Positions 43,530-53,451 of a stretch of DNA of 64,000 nucleotides are shown here, one piece after another. The notes under the pieces were generated by a model. It saw only the letters and a list, made by a program, of their open reading frames with translations, did not search any database and had not been told where the DNA came from. Source of the stretch: an uncultured Gemmatimonadales bacterium (GTDB lineage: Bacteria > Gemmatimonadota > Gemmatimonadetes > Longimicrobiales > Gaopeijiaceae); assembly GCA_963809895.1 (NCBI GenBank), contig CAWELD010000003.1, forward strand, positions 640,001 through 704,000, read 5' to 3'. A program made the position numbers and the translations under genes. The first letter of the stretch is position 1. Each line of letters opens with the position of its first letter.

Positions 43530-45001
43530 GGGCGTTGGTGGTCATGGAGAGCCCGTCGCGCTGGCCCCTGGAGCTCGAAGGCGCCGAGGTCGTCCCCGCC
43601 CGTGCCTATCTCACGGAGCCTCGCTATTCCGAGTTGCGCCGGGCGACGGTCTACAACCTGTGCCGGGACTATTCGTACCAGAGCATGGGGTACTACGTCT
43701 CCCTCCTGGCCCAGGCCCGGGGGCACCGCCCCCTGCCGTCGGTGGCCACGCTACAGACGCTGTCCAGCGCCGCGGCCGTGCGCACCGCGGCGCAGGACCT
43801 GGACGACCGCATCCGGCGGAGCCTCGCCGCCACGCCGGGGCCGACCTTCGAGCTCCCCATCTATTTCGGCCGCACGCCCGTCGAGGGTCAGGAGCGGCTG
43901 GCTCGCGCCCTGTTCGCGCTCTTCCCCGCGCCCCTCCTTCGGGCGCGCTTCGCCTTCGACGACGACGACCGCGCCTGGGAGCTCCGCAGCCTGCGCCCCA
44001 TTCCGGCCCGGGACGTGCCGGACGGCGACCGGGATTTCGTGGCGGCCCGGGCTCGCGAGCACGTCCGGCATCCCGAGCGGGAAGGCACCTCGCCTCGCAA
44101 GGAGACGCGCTACGACCTCGCCATCCTGTGGTCGCCGGACGACGACGACGCCCCCTCCGACGAACGCGCCATCGCCCGCTTCCGGCGGGCCTGCGACGGT
44201 GTGGGAATCGGCACCGACATCGTGGATCGGGAGGACATCGGCACCCTGGCCGAATACGACGCCCTCTGGATCCGTGAGACCACCCAGGTCAATCACCACA
44301 CCTACCGTTTCGCCCGCCGCGCCGCCGCCGAGGGGCTGGTGGTGATCGACGACCCCGAAGCCATCATCCGCTGCTCCAACAAGGTCTATCAGACCGAGCT
44401 GTTCCATCGGCACGGCGTACCCTTGCCTCCGACCCTGGTCGCGCACCGGGACAACGCCGGCGAGGTCCTTGCCGCCGTGGGTCTGCCCTGCGTGCTCAAG
44501 CGCCCCGACGGATCCTTCTCGCGAGGCGTGGTCAAGGTGGCCACCGAGGCCGAGCTGCGAGCGACGTTGACGGAGCTGCTGGAGGAATCGGAGCTGGTGG
44601 TGGCCCAGGGCTGGGTACCCTCGGAGTTCGATTGGCGCATCGGGGTGCTGGACCGCAAGCCCCTGTTCACTGCCCGCTATCACATGGCGCGGGGCCACTG
44701 GCAGATCATTCGCCAGCAGGAAGGAAAGCAGGCGCGCTACGGCAAGGTGGAGGCCGTGGCGCTGGACGCCGCGCCCGAAGGCGTGGTGTCCACCGCCGTG
44801 CGGGCTGCCTCTCTGATCGGCGATGGCCTCTTCGGGGTGGACCTCAAGGAGGTCGACGGTCGCTTCCTGGTCATGGAGGTGAACGACAACCCCAACATCG
44901 AGGCTGGCTACGAGGACACGGTGCTCAAGGACGACCTCTACCGGGCCCTGGCACGCTGGTTCCTGGACCGACTCGAGGCTCGCGGCCGGGGGACGGCGTG
45001 A
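43526..45001 (+). CDS. RimK-family ATP-grasp ligase with N-terminal RLAN domain
   Basis: NLCRDYSYQSMGYYVSLLAQARGH; VLKRPDGSFSRGV, DWRIGVL, EVNDNP. Confidence 0.88.
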   Translation: MRALVVMESPSRWPLELEGAEVVPARAYLTEPRYSELRRATVYNLCRDYSYQSMGYYVSLLAQARGHRPLPSVATLQTLSSAAAVRTAAQDLDDRIRRSLAATPGPTFELPIYFGRTPVEGQERLARALFALFPAPLLRARFAFDDDDRAWELRSLRPIPARDVPDGDRDFVAARAREHVRHPEREGTSPRKETRYDLAILWSPDDDDAPSDERAIARFRRACDGVGIGTDIVDREDIGTLAEYDALWIRETTQVNHHTYRFARRAAAEGLVVIDDPEAIIRCSNKVYQTELFHRHGVPLPPTLVAHRDNAGEVLAAVGLPCVLKRPDGSFSRGVVKVATEAELRATLTELLEESELVVAQGWVPSEFDWRIGVLDRKPLFTARYHMARGHWQIIRQQEGKQARYGKVEAVALDAAPEGVVSTAVRAASLIGDGLFGVDLKEVDGRFLVMEVNDNPNIEAGYEDTVLKDDLYRALARWFLDRLEARGRGTA

Positions 45002-45051
45002 GCGGGGGTGACGACGTGGGGGCTCAGGGTCCAGCGCGCGCGGGGGCCGTG

Positions 45052-45834
45052 ATGGTTCCGGGAACCCGTGTTCCGGTACGAGCGTCGTACCTCGCCGAGC
45101 GCATCGACCCCGCCACGAGCGAGAGCCGTCGCGTCGGCGCCCGCCGGCCCACACTGGTGGACCTGGGCGACGGCCGCTGGGCGGTGACCTTCCGGCACGG
45201 CGCGGTGGTGACCTTCGGGATGAGCGACGCCGAGGAGGCGAGCTTCGTGTCGGGCCTGGGAGCCCGCTTGGTGGACCCCATCGCCACGCCCGAGGTGGAG
45301 GAGGCGGACCTGGTGGTCACGGGGAGCGAGGAGGGACCCGAGCCCGACGCCATCCGGGTTCGTGACCTGTCGGCCGGGCGGCTGCTGGTGGTGGCCGAAG
45401 TACTGGCCCGCAGCGCGGCCCTGGCCTACCACGAGGGCCGGATCGCCGAGGCCTTCGATCGCATGGAGCCGCTGGCCGAGCGCCTGCGCACGGGGCACCG
45501 CCCCGCCACCGGCGCGCGCGCCCTCCTTCGCCAGCTCGGCGACGCCCTCCTGACCCAGACCCGGACGGTCGGGCGCGTGGAGATCGCCGACAAGCCCGAG
45601 GTGTTGTGGGATCGTCCGGAGTTGGAGCGTCTCTGGGAGCGGTTGTCGGTAGAGTACGAGCTCAGCGAGCGCGACCGGTCCCTGGCCCGCAAGCTCGAAC
45701 TGGTCTCGCACGTCACGAGCACTCTCTTCGACCTGCTCCAGGAGCGCCAGGTGCTCCGGGTGGAGTGGTACATCGTGGTGCTCATCCTCGTCGAGATCTT
45801 TCTGACGCTCTGGGGCATGTTCGTCGGAGGTTGA
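45052..45834 (+). CDS. RMD1/DUF155 family protein
   Basis: FRHGAVVTFG, DKPEVLWD, EYELSER, RVEWYIVVLILVE. Confidence 0.85.
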   Translation: MVPGTRVPVRASYLAERIDPATSESRRVGARRPTLVDLGDGRWAVTFRHGAVVTFGMSDAEEASFVSGLGARLVDPIATPEVEEADLVVTGSEEGPEPDAIRVRDLSAGRLLVVAEVLARSAALAYHEGRIAEAFDRMEPLAERLRTGHRPATGARALLRQLGDALLTQTRTVGRVEIADKPEVLWDRPELERLWERLSVEYELSERDRSLARKLELVSHVTSTLFDLLQERQVLRVEWYIVVLILVEIFLTLWGMFVGG

Positions 45835-45895
45835 CCCCACGGCCCGGGCCGCCGCACGTTGACCCCCCTCGGTTTCACCTTCGCCCCGGGATTCC

Positions 45896-47392
45896 ATGCT
45901 CGACGCACTCCAGATTCGCTGCCAACCCCTCGCCTTCCTCCTCGTGGCCACCCTTGTGCCCCTGCGGGCGGCCGCGCAGGACCACCGGCTCCCGGTGGAC
46001 ACCATGGTGGTCACGGACCACGAGGTGACCATCGAAGGCCAGCAGGTGCCCTATACGGCCGAGGTCGGGACCCAGCCCGTCTTCGGCGAAGACGGCTCTC
46101 CCATCGCCTCGCTCCTCTATACCTACTACGAGCGCACCGACGTGCAGGACCGCGTGTCGCGTCCGCTGGTGATCTCGTTCAACGGTGGGCCCGGGTCGGC
46201 GTCGGTGTGGATGCACATCGGCTACACGGGGCCGCGCCACGTGATCATCGACGCCGAGGGTTTCCCCATCCAGCCGTACGGCGTGGAGGACAACCATCAT
46301 TCGATCCTGGACGTGGCCGACATCGTCTACGTGAATCCCGTGAACGTGGGCTTCTCGCGGATCGTGGGCGACGCGGAGCGGTCGCAGTTCTTCGGTGTCA
46401 ACGAGGATATCGCCTACCTGGCCGATTGGATCGGGACCTTCGTCAGCCGCCACGCCCGCTGGCGCTCACCCAAGTTTCTCATCGGCGAGAGCTACGGCAC
46501 CACGCGCGTGTCCGGGCTCGCCGAGGCGTTGCAGGCGAACCAGTGGATGTACCTGAACGGCGTCGTCCTGGTCTCGCCCACGGGTCTGGGGGTGGACCGG
46601 CAGGGGCCGGTCGGCGAGGCCCTGGCGCTGCCCAACTTCACGGCCACCGCATGGTACCACGACGCTCTGGAGCCCGGGCTCCAGGAGCGGGACCTGGAGG
46701 AGATCCTGCCGGAGGTGGAGCGCTTCACGCTGGACACCTTCCTTCCCGCGCTCGCCCGTGCCGGGTCGCTCACGGATGCCGAGCGCCAGGAGGTGGCCGA
46801 CCAGGTTGCGCATTGGGCCGGCGTTTCGGCGCAATGGGTGCTCGATCACAACCTGCGTCCGTCGGTGGGGGAGTTCCGGAAGGAGCTCCTGCGCTCGCGA
46901 GGGCTGACCGTGGGCCGTCTGGACGCCCGCTACCAGGGGATCGATCGTCGGGACGCCGGTGAGTCCTACGACTACGACCCGGCCCTGACGGCCTGGAACC
47001 ACGCCTTCGCTCCGGCCATCAACTACTACATGCGCCAGGAGCTCGGCTTCGACACCGACCTCCAGTACTGGATCTTCGGGCCGGTGAATCCCTGGAACCG
47101 CAACGGGGACCAGACCGGCGAGAACCTTCGCCAGGCCATGTCGGAGAACCCGTACCTGCACCTGTTCGTCCAGTCGGGGTATTTCGACGGAGGCACGGAC
47201 TACTTCAGCGCCAAGTACACCATGTGGAACCTGGACCCGGCGGGGCGCCTCCAGGATCGCATGCGCTGGAAGGGGTACCGGAGCGGGCACATGATGTACC
47301 TGCGCGCCGAGGACCTCGCCCAGGCCAACCAGGACATCCGGGACTTCATCCGGTGGTCCATGGAGGCGGTGGAGGGTCCGGCACGCTACTGA
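45896..47392 (+). CDS. S10 serine carboxypeptidase, exported
   Basis: FNGGPGSAS, GESYGT, SGHMMY. Confidence 0.9.
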   Translation: MLDALQIRCQPLAFLLVATLVPLRAAAQDHRLPVDTMVVTDHEVTIEGQQVPYTAEVGTQPVFGEDGSPIASLLYTYYERTDVQDRVSRPLVISFNGGPGSASVWMHIGYTGPRHVIIDAEGFPIQPYGVEDNHHSILDVADIVYVNPVNVGFSRIVGDAERSQFFGVNEDIAYLADWIGTFVSRHARWRSPKFLIGESYGTTRVSGLAEALQANQWMYLNGVVLVSPTGLGVDRQGPVGEALALPNFTATAWYHDALEPGLQERDLEEILPEVERFTLDTFLPALARAGSLTDAERQEVADQVAHWAGVSAQWVLDHNLRPSVGEFRKELLRSRGLTVGRLDARYQGIDRRDAGESYDYDPALTAWNHAFAPAINYYMRQELGFDTDLQYWIFGPVNPWNRNGDQTGENLRQAMSENPYLHLFVQSGYFDGGTDYFSAKYTMWNLDPAGRLQDRMRWKGYRSGHMMYLRAEDLAQANQDIRDFIRWSMEAVEGPARY

Positions 47393-47415
47393 ACCCGGCA
47401 CCCGGGGGAGTGACG

Positions 47416-49065
47416 ATGGCACGGGCACGGTCATGGATCCTGATACTGCTCCTGTCCGGCGTCACCACACCCGGACTCCGAGCGCAGGCGCCGGACGACC
47501 CGGTCTCCGAGGCCATCCGCCTCCGCCTCGAGCAGCTGAGGGAGCAGGGCGAGATGGCGCTCGCCGGGGTGGCGCTGGATGCGCGCTCGGGACTCGCGGA
47601 GCTCTACGAGCTGCGAGGGTTTCGGCCGCTCTGGACCAGCGCCGACCGGAGCGAGGCCCTGCGCCGGTTCGTGCATGGCGTGGAGGCCGACGGGCTCCGG
47701 CCCGCCGACTACCACGCCGGGGTCCTGGACGCGGCGGCACGGATCGGGGGATCCCTCGATGCCGAAGACGCAGCCGAGTTGGATCTTCTTCGCACCGATG
47801 CCTTCATCCGCGTCGCTCACGACCTTCACGGCGGACGCGTGGATCCCTCGGTCCTGGATCCCACCTGGCACGTGGACCGCGCTGGCGGCGCACTCTCTCC
47901 CGAGGCGCTGGACAGCCTGGCGTCCCAACCTTCGGTGTTGCGAGCGCTGGACTCGTTGCGTCCGCAACATCCCATCTATCGCGGGATGATGCAGGCGCTC
48001 GAACGGTACCGGCGACTTGCGTCCGACGGTGGCTGGCCGCGGCTCCCCGATTCGCTCTTCCTGGGGCCGGACTCGGTGGGACCCGAGGTGGAGGTGCTGC
48101 GACGGCGGCTGGTAGTGGAGGGGTTCCTGCCCCCGGGATCCCGAGGATCCCAGACGTACGATGCGCGCCTCGAGGATGCGGTGAAGGCCTTCCAGCACCT
48201 TCGGGGCCTCAACGAAGACGGCGTCGTCGGGCCCAGTACCGTCAGCGCGCTGAACGTGCCCGCGGCGGCGCGGGTCGAGGCGTTGCGCGTGAATCTCGAG
48301 CGGGCTCGCTGGGTGCTGCGCGAGCTTGAGGATACGGCGGTGGTGGTGAACATCGCCGGCCAGAAGGTCTACGTTCTGGAGGGAGACTCGGTGGCCCTGG
48401 AGATGCGGGCCGTGGTGGGCAAGGGGTACACGCGCACGCCCGTCTTCTCGGCCGCCATGCGCTATCTGGTCCTGAATCCCACCTGGACCGTGCCCAGGAG
48501 CATCAATGGTGAGATCCTCTCGCACATCCGTCGGGACCCCGGCTACCTCGCTTCTCAGGGATTCCAGATCCTGGACGCGGCGGGAGAGGAGGTGGATCCC
48601 GACTCGGTGGACTTCGGACGGTACAGCGGCGCCAGCTTTCCCTTCGTATTCCGCCAACGCCCCGGGCCCACCAACGCCCTCGGGCGAATCAAGTTCATGT
48701 TCCCCAACACCTACAACGTCTATCTGCACGACACGCCCGAGCGGAGCCTCTTCCAACGTGAGGAGCGGACCTTCAGCCACGGCTGCATTCGCGTGCAGGA
48801 TCCCATGGCGTTGGCGGCGGTGCTGCTGGGCCCCGAGAGCATGGCCCGGGCCCGTGAGGCGCTGGCGGGCCGGGAGACGCTGACGTTGGACCTGCCGGTA
48901 CCCCGGCTCGTGCTCGTGCTCTACTGGACGGCAGCCGTGGACCTCGACGGGGACGTGCACTTCTACCGCGACGTCTACGGACGCGACGGCGCCCTCCTGG
49001 AGGCGCTGGACGCTCCCGAGCCTCAGTCGTCGTCGACGTCGGGGAGCACGCCGGCTTCGCGGTAG
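47416..49065 (+). CDS. L,D-transpeptidase, YcbB/LdtD-like
   Basis: PG-binding AVKAFQ..GL..DGVVG; YLHDTP, SHGCIR, DVYGRD. Confidence 0.9.
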   Translation: MARARSWILILLLSGVTTPGLRAQAPDDPVSEAIRLRLEQLREQGEMALAGVALDARSGLAELYELRGFRPLWTSADRSEALRRFVHGVEADGLRPADYHAGVLDAAARIGGSLDAEDAAELDLLRTDAFIRVAHDLHGGRVDPSVLDPTWHVDRAGGALSPEALDSLASQPSVLRALDSLRPQHPIYRGMMQALERYRRLASDGGWPRLPDSLFLGPDSVGPEVEVLRRRLVVEGFLPPGSRGSQTYDARLEDAVKAFQHLRGLNEDGVVGPSTVSALNVPAAARVEALRVNLERARWVLRELEDTAVVVNIAGQKVYVLEGDSVALEMRAVVGKGYTRTPVFSAAMRYLVLNPTWTVPRSINGEILSHIRRDPGYLASQGFQILDAAGEEVDPDSVDFGRYSGASFPFVFRQRPGPTNALGRIKFMFPNTYNVYLHDTPERSLFQREERTFSHGCIRVQDPMALAAVLLGPESMARAREALAGRETLTLDLPVPRLVLVLYWTAAVDLDGDVHFYRDVYGRDGALLEALDAPEPQSSSTSGSTPASR

Positions 49066-50462
49066 GTCATCAGCTTGCGGTACAGCGTGCGGCGACTGAT
49101 GCCCAGCGTCCGGGCCGCCAGGCCCTTCTGCCAACGGCAGCGCTCCAATACCTGGAGGATGTACTCCTGCTCCAGGTGGGCCAGATCCCAACCCTCCTCG
49201 TGGGCCTTCTCGGTGAGTCCCGTTTCGGCACTGTCCAGCGCCGTTCGGGGCTCGAAGCGCAGGGGCTCCCCGTCTCCGGCCATGATCACCGCACGCTCCA
49301 TGGTGTTCTCCAGCTCGCGCACGTTTCCGGGCCACGAGTAGGCCATCATGCGGGAGAGCGTCTCGTGCGGCAGCTCAGGCGGATCCAGACCGTGCTCTTC
49401 GGCGAAGCGAAGACGGAAGTAGTTGGCCAACAAGGGAATGTCTGTCGGCCGTTCACGTAGAGGTGGAACTTCCACCGGGAACACGTCCAGACGGTAATAG
49501 AGGTCCTCCCGGAAGCGCCCCTCCCGGACCAGCGCCGCCAGGTCGGTGTTGGTGGCCGCGATGAGCCGGAAATCCACGGCCACCGGCGTGCGGGAGCCGA
49601 TGCGCTGAACACGCCGTTCCTGGAGCACCCGCAGGAGCTTGACCTGGATGTCCTCGGAGAGGGTGCTCACCTCGTCCAGGAAGAGGGTGCCGCCTGCCGC
49701 CTCCTCGATGAGGCCCGGCCGGCTCTGCACGGCGCCGGTGAAAGACCCCTTCATGTGCCCGAAGAGCTCCGACTCCAGCAGGGTGTCGGGAAGCGCCGAG
49801 CAGTTGACCGCCACGAAGGGGCGGCGGGACCGGTCCGAGAGGTCGTGGATGGCGTGCGCCACGAGCTCCTTCCCGGTGCCGGTCTCCCCGACGACGAGCA
49901 CCGTGGCACGCGTGGGGGCGACGCGCTCGATGGTGCGGAAGAGCCTGCGCATGGCCGGGGACCGCCCCACCAGGTCGCGTAGGCGATCCGAGGTCGCCAG
50001 GCGGCGGAGCTCGGCCACTTCGCGTCGCAGGGCCGCGTCTTCCGCGGCTCGCGACACCAACAGGAGGAGCTCGTCTTCCTTGAAGGGCTTCCGGATGTAG
50101 TCCCACGCGCCGAGCTTCATGGCCTCCACCGCGGATTCCACCGTGCCGAAGGCCGTCATCACGATGAAGCGGGCGTCGGTGCGCACGGACGGAAGCGCCG
50201 CGAGCACGTTCAGTCCGCTGAGGCGGGGAAGCTGGAGATCGAGGAGGACCACGTCGAAGGACTCCTGGTCCAGAGCCTTCAATGCTTCCTCTCCGTCGTC
50301 CACAGCCGTGACGCGGTAGTGGACCTCCTCGAGGACGTCGCTGACAAGCGACCGGATGGTGGCGTCGTCCTCGACCACCAGGACGCGGCCCGCGGACGGT
50401 GCCGTGCGGGGGTCGTCGGGTGCGGCGAAGTCGGACCTCGGCTGGTGATCGCGGACTCGCAC
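49023..50462 (-). CDS. Sigma54-dependent response regulator (NtrC family); start approximate
   Basis: REC (VVEDD, LLDL), GETGTGKE, ELFGHMKGSFTGA, WPGNVREL, Fis HTH. Confidence 0.93.
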   Translation of the reverse strand: MRVRDHQPRSDFAAPDDPRTAPSAGRVLVVEDDATIRSLVSDVLEEVHYRVTAVDDGEEALKALDQESFDVVLLDLQLPRLSGLNVLAALPSVRTDARFIVMTAFGTVESAVEAMKLGAWDYIRKPFKEDELLLLVSRAAEDAALRREVAELRRLATSDRLRDLVGRSPAMRRLFRTIERVAPTRATVLVVGETGTGKELVAHAIHDLSDRSRRPFVAVNCSALPDTLLESELFGHMKGSFTGAVQSRPGLIEEAAGGTLFLDEVSTLSEDIQVKLLRVLQERRVQRIGSRTPVAVDFRLIAATNTDLAALVREGRFREDLYYRLDVFPVEVPPLRERPTDIPLLANYFRLRFAEEHGLDPPELPHETLSRMMAYSWPGNVRELENTMERAVIMAGDGEPLRFEPRTALDSAETGLTEKAHEEGWDLAHLEQEYILQVLERCRWQKGLAARTLGISRRTLYRKLMTYREAGVLPDVDDD

Positions 50463-50687
50463 GGGCTCTGCCGGAGTGCGCACCCTGCCTCCTGCGTTGG
50501 GTGGACGTCTGGACACCTGAGACAATCTGTCCCCGTTGCGCGCCCGGAGACTGTCGGGTGGGGGAGGGTGGCCGGTGTGGGGAAGCTCCCCACAGCCGAT
50601 GCCGGGGCCGGGACGACAGACGCGCTGCCCGAGTCGGCCATACTCTCCTTGTGGAGCTTCTGCGCAGATCCACGGGCGGAGACACCC

Positions 50688-52910
50688 ATGAACGGGTCCG
50701 GCACCGATCGGCGCCCCTGGCGGCGTGCCGATCCGAAACGGCGCATGGCGGCGGCGGGCCTGGTCCGCACCGTGGCCGAGGTCGCCAACGCCGCCACCTC
50801 TCTGGAGGACGGTCTCGCCGGCGTCCTCCCGATCCTCTGCAGGCACCTGGGCTGGCCGGTCGGCCACGCGTTTCTCGTCGAGGGCGACACCCTCCGCTCC
50901 ACGGATCTCTGGTACCTGGAAGGCGATCCCGCGCGCTTCGAGCGATTCCGCGAGCGCACCGGTGCCACGCCGGGGTGCCCCGACGCCTGCCTGGTCGCGG
51001 GAGTCGTCCACAGTGGCCGCGCCTCGTGGATCCCCGACGCGCGCACCGAACCGGGCCTCCTTCGCGCCGGATCGGACGCTGTCATCCGTAGCGGGCTACT
51101 TTTGCCCGTCCGGTGTGACGGTGAGATACCGGCGGTGCTGGAGCTGTGGGCCGACGAGGTGGTGGAGCGTGAGGCGGAGATCCTGGAAGTCATGGAGGCC
51201 GTGGGGACCCAGCTCGGCGTGGTGGCACTCCGTGAGCGGTCCCGGGCGTTCCTGGAGGCGTCGGAGGCCCGTCTGGGAGAGATCCTGGACATTTCCGCGG
51301 ATGCGGTGCTCGCCCTGGACTCCGAGGGTCGGATCGCACTGTTCAACGCGGGCGCTGAAGCCACCTTCGGATACTCCCGGGAGGAGGTCCTGGGGGAGCC
51401 TGTGGAGCGCCTGGTGCCCGATGGGCTGCGAGACACCCGTGCGGAGGGAGTGCGGGCCGTCGTCTCGGCCGACCAGGACTCCGGATCCGTCGTGGGCGGG
51501 CCGGGGCTGGACCTCCGGGGCCGCCACCGCGACGGGCACACCTTCCCGGTCAAGGCCCGGATCGCGCGGGTCACGGGCCCGCCTGATCCACTGTACGCCG
51601 TGGTCCTGCGCGACGTCACCGAAGAGCGTCGGGTCGCGGCGATCCAGCGAGCGCTGGCTGAGGCGGGTGAGGTCTTCGCGTCGTCGTTGGACGCGGTCGA
51701 GACGGTAAGGGGCGTCGCTCGAGTGGCGGTGGGGCATCTTGCCGAGTGCTGCGGAATCTACCTGTTCGACGAGACGGGCGGCGTCGAGCGGGTGGAGTTC
51801 GCCTGCGCCGAGGGAGGCGCCGGCGATTGCCACCTCGCCCGAGGGTGGCGGGCGTCCGAGGCGACGTCGCGCCTCGTGTCGGGCAGTGCGGGGGGCGCTC
51901 CCGTGCTCCTGACCCGTGACGAGACGCGGAATCTGCTCGGGAGTGACTCGGGAGCAGTGGGTACGGTCCTTCTGGTGCCCGTGATCGCGCATGAACGCCC
52001 GCTGGGCAGCATGGTCTTGATCCGGCGGGCGGGTCGGGAGTCCTTCGGGGACGGTGAGGTGGAGTTGGCCACGGAGCTGGCCCGTCGGACCGCCATCGCC
52101 CTGGAGGCGGCCGAGCTCTTCCAGACCACCCGGCGGGCGGTGCACACCCGCGACGAGATCCTGGGGATGGTGTGCCACGACCTGGGGACGCCGGTGAGTG
52201 CAGTCGCCATGGTGGTGGACCGGCTGCTGCGTCAGGCGCCCGAGGACGACCGGCGCGTACGCACACGGAGCTATCTGGAGGGGCTTCGCACCTCGGTGAG
52301 CCAGATGGAGCGGCTGATCCGCGACCTGCTGGACGTCCGCCAGATCGAAGCGGGGCGCTTCGTGGTCGAGCCCATCGCGCAGCCTCTGAACCCGATTCTG
52401 TGGGCTGCGGTGTCGGGGATGGAGGCGCGGGCGGGCCAGGACGCGGTCGAGGTGCTCAGCCCGGACGATGGGCTGCGCGTGCGGGCGGACCGGGACCGGC
52501 TGATTCAGCTCCTCTGGAACCTGCTCAGCAACGCACGGCGCGTGTCGCCCCCCGACAGCCCCGTGCGCGTGGAGGCCATCGAGGCTGGCGACGAGGTGGT
52601 GATCACGGTTCTGGACAGGGGCCCGGGCATTCCTCCCGACCAGGTCCCGTACCTCTTCGACCGCTTCGCCCAGGCGCGCAGGGTTCGGCGCGTGGGTGCC
52701 GGGCTGGGGCTCACCATCGCCCGCGAGATCGCCGAGGCCCACGGCGGTCGGATGTGGGTGGACACCGAGGTGGGGGTGGGGAGCGCTTTCCGGTTCACCC
52801 TTCCTCGGGTGCGTCCCCAGGCGCTCGAACGGGTTCCGCGTCCCAAGGCGGTGGCTGGACGAAACGACCCATCACGGGTCAGGCGCCGGGGACGGAACGA
52901 CCCTCGGTAG
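50688..52910 (+). CDS. GAF-PAS-GAF sensor histidine kinase
   Basis: HDLGTP H-box, NLLSNA, DRGPGI, GLGL; PAS FNAGAEATFGY. Confidence 0.9.
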   Translation: MNGSGTDRRPWRRADPKRRMAAAGLVRTVAEVANAATSLEDGLAGVLPILCRHLGWPVGHAFLVEGDTLRSTDLWYLEGDPARFERFRERTGATPGCPDACLVAGVVHSGRASWIPDARTEPGLLRAGSDAVIRSGLLLPVRCDGEIPAVLELWADEVVEREAEILEVMEAVGTQLGVVALRERSRAFLEASEARLGEILDISADAVLALDSEGRIALFNAGAEATFGYSREEVLGEPVERLVPDGLRDTRAEGVRAVVSADQDSGSVVGGPGLDLRGRHRDGHTFPVKARIARVTGPPDPLYAVVLRDVTEERRVAAIQRALAEAGEVFASSLDAVETVRGVARVAVGHLAECCGIYLFDETGGVERVEFACAEGGAGDCHLARGWRASEATSRLVSGSAGGAPVLLTRDETRNLLGSDSGAVGTVLLVPVIAHERPLGSMVLIRRAGRESFGDGEVELATELARRTAIALEAAELFQTTRRAVHTRDEILGMVCHDLGTPVSAVAMVVDRLLRQAPEDDRRVRTRSYLEGLRTSVSQMERLIRDLLDVRQIEAGRFVVEPIAQPLNPILWAAVSGMEARAGQDAVEVLSPDDGLRVRADRDRLIQLLWNLLSNARRVSPPDSPVRVEAIEAGDEVVITVLDRGPGIPPDQVPYLFDRFAQARRVRRVGAGLGLTIAREIAEAHGGRMWVDTEVGVGSAFRFTLPRVRPQALERVPRPKAVAGRNDPSRVRRRGRNDPR
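52857..52903 (+). repeat. Direct repeat GGACG(A/G)AACGACCC x2, 33 bp period; candidate enhancer (UAS)
   Basis: Copies at 52857-52870 and 52890-52903, about 85-130 bp upstream of a -24/-12 element. Confidence 0.55.
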
Positions 52911-52986
52911 CCGGGAGGGCCCTTCATGGAGACGACGAACGGCCTGGCGACACGGCGTTCCGCGTCGGTCGGACCCGCCGGAGTTC

Positions 52987-53001
52987 TGGCACGATCGGTG
53001 C
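52987..53001 (+). promoter_or_regulatory. Sigma54 -24/-12 promoter
   Basis: TGGCACGATCGGTGC, GG-N10-GC spacing, close to consensus TGGCACG-N4-TTGC. Confidence 0.7.
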
Positions 53002-53012
53002 ACTCAATACGC

Positions 53013-53272
53013 GCACAGGCTCGCCGACCCGGTGAGGTCGCCCTGGTCGACGACGAGGTCCTCGGGAGTCTGACTCCGAGACCCGGTTGCGAGCGCGCCG
53101 GTCGCAACGCCGCCTTCTCGGAAGAGGAGGCCACCTGACCTCGTTGGAGGAAGGGCAAGACAGACCGATCAGGCCGCCGCACGCGACGGTGTCAGACCGA
53201 GCGGATCGGTAGATCGCCGGCGGTTGGAAGCCCTCGGGGGATGCGTGAACGAACCCGGGGGCTTCCTTCGTT
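53013..53272 (+). ncRNA. Candidate structured ncRNA of unknown family
   Basis: Sigma54 promoter upstream, nested helices forming a four-way junction, terminator-like hairpin at the 3' end. Confidence 0.5.
53226..53272 (+). terminator. Putative intrinsic terminator
   Basis: GGAAGCCCTCGGG/CCCGGGGGCTTCC 13-bp stem followed by TTCGTT (weak U-tract). Confidence 0.55.
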
Positions 53273-53451
53273 GTGGTCAGGGCGGGCGACGCACTCCCGT
53301 GGCGGGGCGCTTGCCCCCAGTGAGTGGTCCGCGTCAGTTGAGGAACATCGCTCGCCGCGCGCGGGCCAATCCCTCCTCGCTTCGCGTTGTCGTGGCTACG
53401 ATTCCTCCCACCTCCTCCGCTTCGGCACCGGGGCCACCCCCGGCGCACCGC

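Noticed and set aside
52926..53138. 70-aa ORF downstream of the kinase
   Set aside because: No recognisable motif, and it spans the sigma54 promoter and structured region. Not called, but a GGAGG upstream means it is not excluded.
53051..53146. Cloverleaf-like fold as a tRNA
   Set aside because: No GTTCRA T-loop, D-loop consensus, 7-nt anticodon loop or CCA
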